Source of the DNA: an uncultured Candidatus Sumerlaeota bacterium | Lineage (GTDB): Bacteria; Sumerlaeota; Sumerlaeia; SLMS01; JAHLLQ01 | Assembly: GCA_964625145.1 (NCBI GenBank) | Contig: CAZVAQ010000003.1 | Coordinates: 1 to 39,143 of the forward strand | Direction: 5' to 3' | DNA length: 39,143 bases | Part shown: piece by piece, positions 17,528 to 26,655 of the stretch | Numbering within the stretch: the first letter of the stretch is position 1 | Layout of the letters: each line of letters opens with the position of its first letter | The notes under the pieces: model-generated | What the model was told of the DNA's origin: nothing | Databases searched by the model: none | What the model saw: the letters and a program-made list of their open reading frames with translations, nothing else | Made by a program: the position numbers and the translations under genes

Positions 17528-20368
17528 TTACTCGATGTAGATCCAATCGCCAACCGGTACGACGACGTCACCGCCCAGGACGACCTTGTCCACCCTGAAC
17601 GTATCGGTCCCGGCAAAGGTCATGTTGTCGAAGTTGAGTCCCCACAGAACGATTGCATCGGCGCTCAGGATGCCGTCGCCGCCCTGTTCGCCCAGTGTGA
17701 GGTCACCGTCGAACAGCAGCGTGACTGTGGTCCATTCGGTGCTGACGGGGAGATTGTCACTCGTCCAGACGTCGCCGTCGGCCTCGAACAATGCGAACTC
17801 TACCGTTGTGGCGGCATCGGCGACCGTCGCCTTCACGTCGAAGCTGATGCGATCCCACGGCGACCAATTGGCCGGTGAGCCGTAGGGCTTGTGGCGCACA
17901 CCGACGCGCGGGCCATCGTCCCAGGACGCGCCGACCTGCAGGTACCGCTCGCCATCGGTGGCCTCCTGCGCATCCGTCACGATGACGATGCCGTTGTAGG
18001 CTGCGCCGAAGCGGGTCCACTCTCCTTCAGTGCCCGTGTTGATGTAGTCCTCCGGCGGGAACCCACCCGAGGTAAAGTCCGGCAGTTCAATGCTGGTCAC
18101 AACCGGCAGTGACGGCGGTGGGACCGGGGACGCATCGTCGTAATAGATCTCGTCGATATGAAACTCGCTGAAGCCCGTTTGGCCGTTGCGCAGGAACGTG
18201 AAGCCAATCTGGACGATGCTGCTCAGATCCAGGACGCCGTCGCCGGCCTGTTCAGCCAACTGCGCTGTTACGGACAGGTCCTCGGTGAACTTGATGTATG
18301 GCAGACCGACATTGTGGCTGATGCCTTCCCAGATATCACCGTCGGATTCCACCACCGCGAACTTCACGCGATGCAGCCCCGGATCGGATTGACGGGCCAT
18401 GAAGGAGATGGTCGGCCCGGCGGAGATATCCAGTGGTGCATTGGGAATGTCGTAGCGAATGCCAAAACCCCAGCTGGCGTCCGCATCCCAATCGGCATAG
18501 ACGCCGAGGGACTTGTTGCCTGCTGCGGCTTGACTCGGATCCTCGTCGATGTACATGCCGCCAAAATGCACGCCAAAGCGTGTCCACTCGCCGGGATTCC
18601 CTTGGCCGGGGAAGCGCGGGGGGTCCTGCAGGGTATCCTCTTCTATCCCCGTGATCAGATTGTCAGCGATGGGGAGCGGATCGTCGTAGTAGATCTCGTC
18701 AAAATGGAATGTCGTGGAGCCCGTTTGCCCATTGCGCATGAAGGTGAAGCCAATGTGGCTCACGTTCGTGAGGTCAAGGATGCCGTCGCCACCTTGATCG
18801 GCGATCTCCAGCGTCTGCTGCAGGTTCTCGCGATACACTTCATAGGTCGTGGTGATGTCATGCGACGCGCCTGTCCAGATGTCGCCGTCCAGCTCCACAA
18901 CCGTGAACTGCACGCGATGAGCGCCGCGATTGGTCTGGCGGGCCATGAAGGAAATATCAGGCCCGACCGAAAGGTCGAACGGAACCTCCGTCAGGTCGTA
19001 GCGAACGCCGAATCCCCAGCTCGCGTCCGCATCCCAGTCACCCACAACCGCGAGGGACTTGCTGCCGGATGCCGCGTTGGCCGGGTTCGTGTCGATCGAC
19101 ATGCCGCCAAAGTGTACGCCAAAACGCGTCCACTCGCCCGGATCACCCTGGCCGGGGAAACGCGGCGGGTCCTGCACCGCATCGTTCTCGATGCCGGTGA
19201 TCAGGTTGTCCGGCGGCGGAGGTGGCTCCTCCTGCAGGCGGATGTTGTCCACGAACAACGATTGAGTACCCGCGCCCGCGGTGCTGCGGAAATCAACACC
19301 GATGCGTACCAGGGAGGAAAGATCTGTCGAAGGTCCCGGTCCGTCGGCAAAGATGAGATCCGTGCCCAGGTTCACTGTCTGTGTGGACCAGCTCGTGCCG
19401 ACAGGCACATTCGACGAGATGGAAATGTTGCCGGCAGTGTCCTCCACGACAAAGTTCACCGTGCTGCCTGCGACCACCGCGTTCGCGCGGATGTCGTACG
19501 CAACGATGGGATATGCCGACCAGTCGGTGTTGCCTGTGTAGAGTCCGTAGCGCGAACCAACTGACCCCCCCGCGCTCCAGTCTGCGTCGAGCTGCAGGAA
19601 ATGGGAGCCATCGGACGCATTCCCAGCATCCTGCTGGATGCCAATGCCGTTGTACGCCGCGCCAAAGCGCGTCCACTCGCCCTCCACGCCCGGGGGGAAA
19701 CCACCGCTCGTGAAGTCGGGAGGTTCGATGCTTGTCACCAGCGGCAGGGCCGGCAGTGTTGCCGACTCCTCTGCAGCGTAGTAGACTTCGTCGAAGTTGA
19801 AGGTCGAGTACCCTACCTGCCCGTTGCGCAGGATGGTGAAGCCGATCTGCACCACATTGCTCAGGTCCAGCACGCTGTTGCCGCCCGGATCGGCCAGCTC
19901 CAAGGTCGCGGACAAGTCCTCGTAAAACTTTGTGTAGTCGGTGCCAACCTCGTGCTGAACGCCGGTCCAGATGTCACCGTCACCCTCCACAACGGTGAAC
20001 TGCACGCGGGCGGCGCCGGGAGTCGTTTGGCGCGCCATAAAGGAGATCTGGGGCGCAGAAGACAGGTCCAGAGGCGCGGAGAGCACGTCATAGCGTATCC
20101 CCATCCCCCAACCGCCGGCATCCCAGTTCGCACCGACTGCCAGCGAATTGTTTCCGGCAGCGGCGTTGGCGGGATTCGTGTCGATGACCATGCTGTCAAA
20201 CGGCACGCCAAACCGGGTCCATTCACCCGGGGGACCGCCATCGGGGAACCCGGGAGGCACCGCAACCGTATCCGTCTCGATCCCGGTGATCAAGATTGGC
20301 GCCGCGGAAGCGCCCGTGCCCGCGGCGAGGATTACGGCCGTGGAAAGCAAGAATGCCAATCTCTTCAT
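17528..20368 (-). CDS. Secreted non-catalytic protein (~946 aa) with five tandem ~180-aa CBM-like repeats
   Basis: Signal peptide MKRLAFLLSTAVILAAGTGASA/AP with AAGGA upstream. Five repeats each contain ITGIE/VTSIE...GEWTRFG...G.RY...(F/V)D(E/N/K)(I/V), and four of the five contain DGD(I/V)W. C-terminal tail VVVPVGDWIYIE. Confidence 0.85.
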   Translation of the reverse strand: MKRLAFLLSTAVILAAGTGASAAPILITGIETDTVAVPPGFPDGGPPGEWTRFGVPFDSMVIDTNPANAAAGNNSLAVGANWDAGGWGMGIRYDVLSAPLDLSSAPQISFMARQTTPGAARVQFTVVEGDGDIWTGVQHEVGTDYTKFYEDLSATLELADPGGNSVLDLSNVVQIGFTILRNGQVGYSTFNFDEVYYAAEESATLPALPLVTSIEPPDFTSGGFPPGVEGEWTRFGAAYNGIGIQQDAGNASDGSHFLQLDADWSAGGSVGSRYGLYTGNTDWSAYPIVAYDIRANAVVAGSTVNFVVEDTAGNISISSNVPVGTSWSTQTVNLGTDLIFADGPGPSTDLSSLVRIGVDFRSTAGAGTQSLFVDNIRLQEEPPPPPDNLITGIENDAVQDPPRFPGQGDPGEWTRFGVHFGGMSIDTNPANAASGSKSLAVVGDWDADASWGFGVRYDLTEVPFDLSVGPDISFMARQTNRGAHRVQFTVVELDGDIWTGASHDITTTYEVYRENLQQTLEIADQGGDGILDLTNVSHIGFTFMRNGQTGSTTFHFDEIYYDDPLPIADNLITGIEEDTLQDPPRFPGQGNPGEWTRFGVHFGGMYIDEDPSQAAAGNKSLGVYADWDADASWGFGIRYDIPNAPLDISAGPTISFMARQSDPGLHRVKFAVVESDGDIWEGISHNVGLPYIKFTEDLSVTAQLAEQAGDGVLDLSSIVQIGFTFLRNGQTGFSEFHIDEIYYDDASPVPPPSLPVVTSIELPDFTSGGFPPEDYINTGTEGEWTRFGAAYNGIVIVTDAQEATDGERYLQVGASWDDGPRVGVRHKPYGSPANWSPWDRISFDVKATVADAATTVEFALFEADGDVWTSDNLPVSTEWTTVTLLFDGDLTLGEQGGDGILSADAIVLWGLNFDNMTFAGTDTFRVDKVVLGGDVVVPVGDWIYIE

Positions 20369-20406
20369 TGCGTTCGTCCTTTCGTTGTCGTGCGGGCGGG
20401 GGGTGA

Positions 20407-21045
20407 TCAGTTGAAGCGGGGAACATCCCCGAGACTGATGGTTCCGTTGCTGGGGTCGTATGCTCCGGTGATTGGCCACAGGTTGATCGGCTTGCCCATG
20501 TTGCGGGCGGATGACTCGCGGTCGGGCCCAAAGGAGGACAGCACCCAGTTCAGCGAAACTCCCTCGCGCCGGATTGCTTGTCCTTCGTTGAACACATCGG
20601 TTGAACTGGCGGGCGGCCAGTAATTGATCCACAGCAGATAGCCAAATGTTCCCGGCAGGTTGGCGTTGAAGGGCTTTTGCTCCTGAAAGACATCGCGCGT
20701 CGCCTCGATGCTCGACAGGTAGGCAACCGGCGACGTCAGCGGCACGAAGGTTTCCATCGTGGAGTATTCCCAACGCTGCCCCGCGGGAACACCCGCCAGG
20801 TTGCGCTCAATCCAATCCATCGGGTATTTGTTGTAATCCACATGGTAGGACTCAATCGCCGTGGCGACGGTGCGCATGTCGGCGGCCATCCGCGTGACCT
20901 TGGAGCGCACCTGCGCCTCCAGGAAGTTGGGGACGGCAATGGCGGCCAGGATCGCGATGATGGCCACGACGATTAGCAGTTCGATCAGGGTGAAGGCCGA
21001 GAGACGACGCTGTTGCACAATACGAGCGGGGGAAGATGGAAGCAT
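20407..21045 (-). CDS. Prepilin-type N-methylation (GspG/pseudopilin-like) protein
   Basis: A|FTLIELLIVVAIIAILAAIAVPNFLEAQVRSKV, LTSPVAY, SFGPD, YDPSNGTISLGDV. The start is placed at the nearest ATG (21045). Confidence 0.9.
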   Translation of the reverse strand: MLPSSPARIVQQRRLSAFTLIELLIVVAIIAILAAIAVPNFLEAQVRSKVTRMAADMRTVATAIESYHVDYNKYPMDWIERNLAGVPAGQRWEYSTMETFVPLTSPVAYLSSIEATRDVFQEQKPFNANLPGTFGYLLWINYWPPASSTDVFNEGQAIRREGVSLNWVLSSFGPDRESSARNMGKPINLWPITGAYDPSNGTISLGDVPRFN

Positions 21046-21160
21046 CTTGATGGGCCCTTTCGCCCCGGTAGGGATCAGGCCTGCGGGATCGCAGACTTCC
21101 GCAGGCCCTTCTGACTGGATGATGCCCCGGTTAGCTGCTCCCCCCGGCGAAGTCAACAGG

Positions 21161-21269
21161 TTTTGTGCAGACTGGAATAAATTATCCTTGCACTCCACTG
21201 CGGTCAATAATAACCCTCCGCGCGTATTGGCAAACTGGATCACAGACTTTCATTCCAGACGAGAAATTA
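21161..21269. promoter_or_regulatory. Two candidate ROK-repressor operators in a divergent promoter region
   Basis: Imperfect 21-bp palindromes TTTTGTGCAGACTGGAATAAA (21161-21181) and TTCATTCCAGACGAGAAATTA (21249-21269) share the half-site TT(T/C)ATTCCAG. A TTGACT-17-TAACCG minus-strand promoter-like element lies next to the first site. Confidence 0.5.
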
Positions 21270-21288
21270 CCCCTCGCGGGGCCATGCC

Positions 21289-22365
21289 ATGCAGTTCACC
21301 AGCGCCGACACCTCCAGCCTGCGGTCGCACAACACTCTGGTACTCCTGCGCCAGATCCGCGCCCTGCAGCCGGTCAGCGCGAAGGTTCTGGTCGAGAAGA
21401 CCGGCATGCGCGCCTCCAGTATCTCCCGCCTTCTTCGCATCCTGGCCGAGCGCGGCCTCGTCGCCTCCCGCGGCGTGGAGTCCAGCAACGGTTCCAGCGG
21501 CCGCCCCGCGGAGTTCTGGGGCATCAATGGCGGATTCGGTGCCGCTGTTGGGCTCTACCTCGCCTCAAACCTGGTGGCGGGCGTCACTGTCGACCTTACG
21601 GGCAAGATCCTCGACACCTGTGTCGTGCCCCTGCGCGATCCCAGCTCCCTGACACCCCGAAAAATCCACAATCTCCTGCGCCAGGCTTTCGATCGACTCA
21701 CCTCCTCCGGACATATCGCCTCCCACCCACTCATCGGCGTCGGAGTCGCAACCATGGGCCTCGTCGATCAGGAGAACTTCCGCATCGGCTACTTCGATGC
21801 CAGTCTCAACCTGTCGGATTTTGCCCGTCTTTGTGGCGGCAAGCTTCATCTGGAGAATGACGCGAACGTGGTGGCGCGCGGCGAAGTCACACACGGCTCA
21901 CTGGCCGGAGTCTCCGACGCTGTCGTGCTCTACGCTCACGAAGGAATCGGCGCGGGGTTGATCGTCAACGGGGCCTTGGTCAAGGGCAGCCATGGTGCAG
22001 CCGGCGAGGTGGGTTATCGTGCCTGCCAGTTGATCTCAAACCCCCTCGACAGCTCCGCGCCCGATGTTCTTGAGCGTTTCCACAACGGCACCTGCTCGAT
22101 CATCAACTTCCTGAACCCGGAAGTCCTGCTGCTTACCGGAGATCTCTACGGTCTCCCCCCTGAAGTGATCGCCACGCTGCGCCGTCGCATCGCATCGAAC
22201 ACGAATCGCGTCGCGCGGGAAGTACGCATCTCCGTCTCGCCATGCGATCCCATGGGGGTTGCCCGGCACATCGCCACCATCGTCCTCGACGAGGAAGTCT
22301 TTGCCACACCCACTGTCCTGCATTCTGCCTGCGCGGCGATGCTGGAAGCCCAGGAGGCCAGTTGA
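21289..22365 (+). CDS. ROK family transcriptional regulator
   Basis: N-terminal wHTH (LRSHN..LLRQIR...SISRLLRIL...GLV...SSGRPA), LENDAN, GIGAGLIVNG...GSHGAAGEVG, NFLNPEVLLLTG. Confidence 0.93.
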   Translation: MQFTSADTSSLRSHNTLVLLRQIRALQPVSAKVLVEKTGMRASSISRLLRILAERGLVASRGVESSNGSSGRPAEFWGINGGFGAAVGLYLASNLVAGVTVDLTGKILDTCVVPLRDPSSLTPRKIHNLLRQAFDRLTSSGHIASHPLIGVGVATMGLVDQENFRIGYFDASLNLSDFARLCGGKLHLENDANVVARGEVTHGSLAGVSDAVVLYAHEGIGAGLIVNGALVKGSHGAAGEVGYRACQLISNPLDSSAPDVLERFHNGTCSIINFLNPEVLLLTGDLYGLPPEVIATLRRRIASNTNRVAREVRISVSPCDPMGVARHIATIVLDEEVFATPTVLHSACAAMLEAQEAS

Positions 22366-24482
22366 TGAGACAGTCACTCTGGGCGATCGCTGCGGCCCTG
22401 ATGATCTCCACCGCATCTGCAAAACCGGTTGTCGAAGTGCCAAGCGTGCCACCCGAGCAATTGTCCACAATGGGCACCCGTGTGGAGCTTCGCCACTTGC
22501 TGGACGGTCAGGAAATCGCCGAGGCTCCGGCCATCGCATGGCTTGGCCATCATGACGGACAACTGCTGGTGGAGCTGCACGTGAGCGGCCGCAACCAAGC
22601 GCCCATCGCCGACCGCGATACTCTCCGGATCTTTGAAGGCCCCGCCGTCGAGGTCTTCCTCTCGGTCATGGAGGAACCCGGGCACGGCTACTATCACATC
22701 GCCACGAATCCGCGTGCCGCCATCTACGATGAGTTCGTTCGCGATGCCGGATGGAATCGCAATGTCCGCTGGGACATGCCTGCAACTGCAACGTTGGTCC
22801 CTTCGGAGGCGGATTCCTGGGCCGTGCGCCTCGAGATCCCACTCGCCGTCTTGCGGCGTCGCGTGCCGGAGGACGCACCGGTCACCACCCTCGACCAGGA
22901 GATTAGCCTGCAATTGGGCACGGCGGCCGTTCTGGCCGATGGCCGCAACTTGGCCGTCGCTTGGTCGCCCACAAACACCACCTTTCACACGCCGTCGGAT
23001 TTTGGAAGGCTGCGCCTGCTTGATCCCATTCCCCAGTTCAACGCTCGGGTCGAAGGCAGTCTCGAGATGGCTGGTGAGGAGGTTCGCGTGACTGCATCCG
23101 AATCAGGCGAGCTGCAGGGCGATCGAAGTGTGGAGATTTTGCTGCGGTTGGAGGAAGGCGCGGAGCCACTCGTATCCGTCACCACAGGCACTTCCCCCAC
23201 CAAGATCGAGGAACTGGCAGAGTCGGTGCCACTCCTCTCCACTGGAAAGGTGCATTCCATGGTCACCAGGCTGATGGACGCAAACGGCGTCCTAGTCGAC
23301 CAGCATGTCACAGCATGGCCCTATCGCGAGATGCCCCCAGTCGTCGCCATCCACGAGCGTTTCCACGACACGTTGCCACTGCGGCTCCACACATCCGCGG
23401 CAAAGCCGCTTCAACACATCGAGATCCGGACGACGGGCGAGAACCCCCGCATTGTCTGGAAATCAGCCGGCCAACCAACCTCCGGCGACATTGACATCGA
23501 TGCCTCGACATGGAGTTCCGGCGTCTATAGGTTGGTGTGGCAGGTTGGCGATCAAGTCAGCACCACCCACATCGCCCGCCTCCCGGAACCATTCCACTTT
23601 GGTCCGGATGAGTGGGCATTCTGGGGCTATGCGCCCGACGAAGAGTTGCTTGCGGAGTTTGCCACCTTCCATGAGATGACCGGCGCCGACATCGCCATCA
23701 CCGGTCTCATCTATGGCGGCTCCATCGATCCCGAAACCGGCGCCATGAGCGCCTTCAACCTGGAGTCCATGAACGCGTGGCAGCGTGCCCTGCCCGGTGC
23801 AAAGCTCCACCTCATGATCGACGGCTGGGGCAACTTTGACCTCCTGACCGATGATCAGGTTGAACACATAACCACGCGCCTGGTCGACGAGCTGATGAAC
23901 GAGGACATCGTCGCGGGCATTCACTTCGATCTTGAGCCCTACCGCCCCAGCCAGATCCGCATCACCCGCGCTCTCACCCGCAAGGGCTGGACAAAGGGCT
24001 TGAGCATGGCCACGGCACTGGCCACCACCATACCGCTGGAGCAATGGGCCAGCCTCGACTTTATGGTCGCCATGAACTACGATCTGGGCCGCACGCCGGA
24101 TGTCTTCCAACGCCGCGCCGCACAGAATGCGCGTGCCTTTGTCGAGACCGCCCGCGACGCGCGCCGGCAAGTGCTCATCGGCATCCCCGTCATCGCCACA
24201 CATCACGAGTATGGACTGGAAGTGGAAGCCGCCACGGGCAACATTACCCAAGGCGACCGGGACTCCACGATGCTTCCCTTCGTGATTCCGGCAATGGAGA
24301 TTGTGGGTGAGCTGCGCGACGATCCGGAGCTCGGTCACTTTGTCGGCCCGCCGACGCTGTGGGGTGCCCTGGCCCGCGGGCATCATGTCGGCCAGCGCCG
24401 GTATCGTTATTTCCCCACCACCATCACCGGTGATGTGTGGGGACATCTGTTGGAGTTCGATCGCGAAAGAGCCGCGCCCTGA
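22365..24482 (+). CDS. Secreted modular protein: CBM9/DOMON-like domain plus GH18-like TIM barrel
   Basis: Signal peptide. VEVFL...YYHIATNP..AIYD...WAVRLEIPL...WSPT..FHTPSDFG.L (CBM9-like). C-terminal AGIHFDLEPY, LDFMVAMNYD, VLIGIP (GH18-like strands). TGATG coupling to the ROK gene. Confidence 0.6.
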   Translation: MRQSLWAIAAALMISTASAKPVVEVPSVPPEQLSTMGTRVELRHLLDGQEIAEAPAIAWLGHHDGQLLVELHVSGRNQAPIADRDTLRIFEGPAVEVFLSVMEEPGHGYYHIATNPRAAIYDEFVRDAGWNRNVRWDMPATATLVPSEADSWAVRLEIPLAVLRRRVPEDAPVTTLDQEISLQLGTAAVLADGRNLAVAWSPTNTTFHTPSDFGRLRLLDPIPQFNARVEGSLEMAGEEVRVTASESGELQGDRSVEILLRLEEGAEPLVSVTTGTSPTKIEELAESVPLLSTGKVHSMVTRLMDANGVLVDQHVTAWPYREMPPVVAIHERFHDTLPLRLHTSAAKPLQHIEIRTTGENPRIVWKSAGQPTSGDIDIDASTWSSGVYRLVWQVGDQVSTTHIARLPEPFHFGPDEWAFWGYAPDEELLAEFATFHEMTGADIAITGLIYGGSIDPETGAMSAFNLESMNAWQRALPGAKLHLMIDGWGNFDLLTDDQVEHITTRLVDELMNEDIVAGIHFDLEPYRPSQIRITRALTRKGWTKGLSMATALATTIPLEQWASLDFMVAMNYDLGRTPDVFQRRAAQNARAFVETARDARRQVLIGIPVIATHHEYGLEVEAATGNITQGDRDSTMLPFVIPAMEIVGELRDDPELGHFVGPPTLWGALARGHHVGQRRYRYFPTTITGDVWGHLLEFDRERAAP

Positions 24483-25738
24483 TGCGTCGCCTGCTTCCGT
24501 CAATCGTGCTCGTCGTCATGGCGACGCTGTGGGTGTCCTGTGGCAATGCAGGCGATGACGGCAGCAGTGACGGCGTGGTCACCCTGCGCTTGTGGGTGTT
24601 CAGCGTTGATGTCGAGCAGGACCTGCGTCCTGTCCTTGACGAATTCGAGTCGCAAAATCCCGGGATCCGCGTCCATGCGGAGCAGCTCCCATGGGACCGC
24701 GGTTTCGAACGCATCCTCCTTTCCCTGGCCACGCGTCGTCCCCCTGATGTCTGCGAGCTCGGCATGACTTGGTTGGCACCGTTTGCGCACGAGGATGTTC
24801 TCGCGGACCTGACCGACACGTTGACCGACACGGCCGGCCAGCGCACCCTCATTGAGGCGTCCACCTACAAGGGGCGCCTTTACGCCGCACCATGGATGGT
24901 CGGAACGCGGCTTTTCTTCTACAACCGCGCCATGCTGCGCAATGCCGGCTATCCCGACGCGCAGCCGCCACGCACCTGGGACGAGCTGATGGAAATGAGC
25001 GCCGCCATCAAGCGCGCATACCCAGATCGTCATGTCATTGGCCTGCCCGCCGGCGACGCGGAGTTCACATGGATGACATTTTTCTCCTTCCTGGCATCCG
25101 GGCAGGTTCCGTTGCTGGATGCAGGGACGCGTCAACCGCTTCTGGACACTCCCGAGTTCATGCAGACGCTCGACTTCTACCGCGGCCTGAAGCCGTACGC
25201 GCTGATCGATCGCGGACCTCAACTCGACCGGGCATTCGGGACCGAGCGCATTGCCTTTCATGTTAGCGGAGCGTGGAACTTCACACTGCTGCCCCGCGAC
25301 TATCCGACGCTGGACTATGGCTATGCGCACATCCCCATGCCGGATTTCGTGGACGAGGACAAAGGCGGCGGTGCCATGGCCGGTGGGCAACTTCTCGTCG
25401 CGTTCCGCCAAGGCAAGCATCCGGAGGAATCGCGCAAGTTGCTCGCATTCCTTGCGTCACGGCCCATCGCGACCCGCCTGACTTTGCCGATCCGCTCGTT
25501 GCTCCCCGCATTTGCCGATGCCCACGAGTTCCCAGAATTCCAGAACGATCCCGCGCGCGCGTTTCACGCGCAGATGATCGACCGGGCCTACGCTCCCGAC
25601 GCCGTGCCGTACTGGGAGGAAATGCGCCGCGATCTTGTCACCCTGATCGACACTGCGCTGCTGACCGACGCACCACTCGACGCGCAACTCGAGCAGACCT
25701 CCGCGCACTGGAGCGGTCTCGTGGAGGAGTTCCGATGA
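24482..25738 (+). CDS. Sugar ABC transporter substrate-binding lipoprotein
   Basis: Lipobox WVS/C, FESQNPGIRV..EQLPW, PPDV, GRLYAAPW, FYNRAML..AG...PPRTWDEL, SGAWN. Confidence 0.93.
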   Translation: MRRLLPSIVLVVMATLWVSCGNAGDDGSSDGVVTLRLWVFSVDVEQDLRPVLDEFESQNPGIRVHAEQLPWDRGFERILLSLATRRPPDVCELGMTWLAPFAHEDVLADLTDTLTDTAGQRTLIEASTYKGRLYAAPWMVGTRLFFYNRAMLRNAGYPDAQPPRTWDELMEMSAAIKRAYPDRHVIGLPAGDAEFTWMTFFSFLASGQVPLLDAGTRQPLLDTPEFMQTLDFYRGLKPYALIDRGPQLDRAFGTERIAFHVSGAWNFTLLPRDYPTLDYGYAHIPMPDFVDEDKGGGAMAGGQLLVAFRQGKHPEESRKLLAFLASRPIATRLTLPIRSLLPAFADAHEFPEFQNDPARAFHAQMIDRAYAPDAVPYWEEMRRDLVTLIDTALLTDAPLDAQLEQTSAHWSGLVEEFR

Positions 25739-26655
25739 GCAGTGCACTCCCAACCGCGAGACGATTGCGGGGCCGGCCCGCCCGGCCAAACGGCTGGCAG
25801 ACGTTGCTGCTCCTATCACCATGGCTGGTGACATTTGCCATCTTTGGCATCTTCCCGCCGGTCTACGCGTTGGCGATCAGCTTCTTCGACTACAGCCTCC
25901 TGAATCCGCAGTGGGACTTTGTCGGGATGGACAACTACCATTCCGTCATAACCGCTCCCATCTTCTGGAAGTCATTGTGGAACTCGCTCTTTTATGCACT
26001 CGGTACGGTGCCCGTGATCATGATGCTGTCGCTGGCCCTGGCCGCGTTCCTGAATCAGCCGATGCCTCTCAAGGGCCTGTTCCGCGCGGGGTTCTTTCTG
26101 CCCACTGTCACTTCCATCATCGTCATCTCGCTCGTCTTCAAGTTTCTCTACGCCACCGACGGAATGGCAGATCGCTTGCTGGAAGGGATCGGCATTCCGC
26201 CGCCGCGCCCATCGTGGCTCCTCAACCCCACACTGGCACTCCCATCCCTGATGGTCATGGGGATCTGGACCAGCATCGGGTTCTATGCGGTCCTGTTCCT
26301 GGCCGCCATGCAGGCCATACCCGGGCATTTGTATGAAGCGGCGCGGATCGAAGGCGCCGGACCGGTGCGACGGTTTCTGTCGATCACCGTTCCCATGCTG
26401 CGACCGACCATCGCCTTCGCGCTGTTCCTCGCGACCATCAACGCCATCCAGGTCTTCCCGGAAGTTTTCACCATGACCCAGGGCGGTCCCATGGGATCGA
26501 CCACAACGTTGGTATTCTGGATCTACGAGCTTGGCTTCACGCGGTTCCAGATGGGACGCGCGTCGGCGGCAACGGTCTTCCTCGTCATCATTCTTGTCGC
26601 CGTTGTGTGGCTCCAATCGAGGATCCTTCGCACAGGCAAGGGGGTTGGTGAATGA
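25735..26655 (+). CDS. Carbohydrate ABC transporter permease (MalF/UgpA-like)
   Basis: FVGMDNY, FRAGFFLP, EAA loop (LYEAARIEGA), ITVPMLRP, TQGGP, GRASA. Confidence 0.95.
   Translation: MSSALPTARRLRGRPARPNGWQTLLLLSPWLVTFAIFGIFPPVYALAISFFDYSLLNPQWDFVGMDNYHSVITAPIFWKSLWNSLFYALGTVPVIMMLSLALAAFLNQPMPLKGLFRAGFFLPTVTSIIVISLVFKFLYATDGMADRLLEGIGIPPPRPSWLLNPTLALPSLMVMGIWTSIGFYAVLFLAAMQAIPGHLYEAARIEGAGPVRRFLSITVPMLRPTIAFALFLATINAIQVFPEVFTMTQGGPMGSTTTLVFWIYELGFTRFQMGRASAATVFLVIILVAVVWLQSRILRTGKGVGE

Noticed and set aside
18158-20623. Long + strand ORFs (468 aa and 340 aa)
   Set aside because: Antisense shadows of the repeat protein; their apparent repeats simply mirror it.
20369-20773. N-terminal extension giving a 1081-aa protein that overlaps the pilin gene
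   Set aside because: A clear signal peptide and RBS at 20368 define the start. The extension lies in another frame of the pilin gene.
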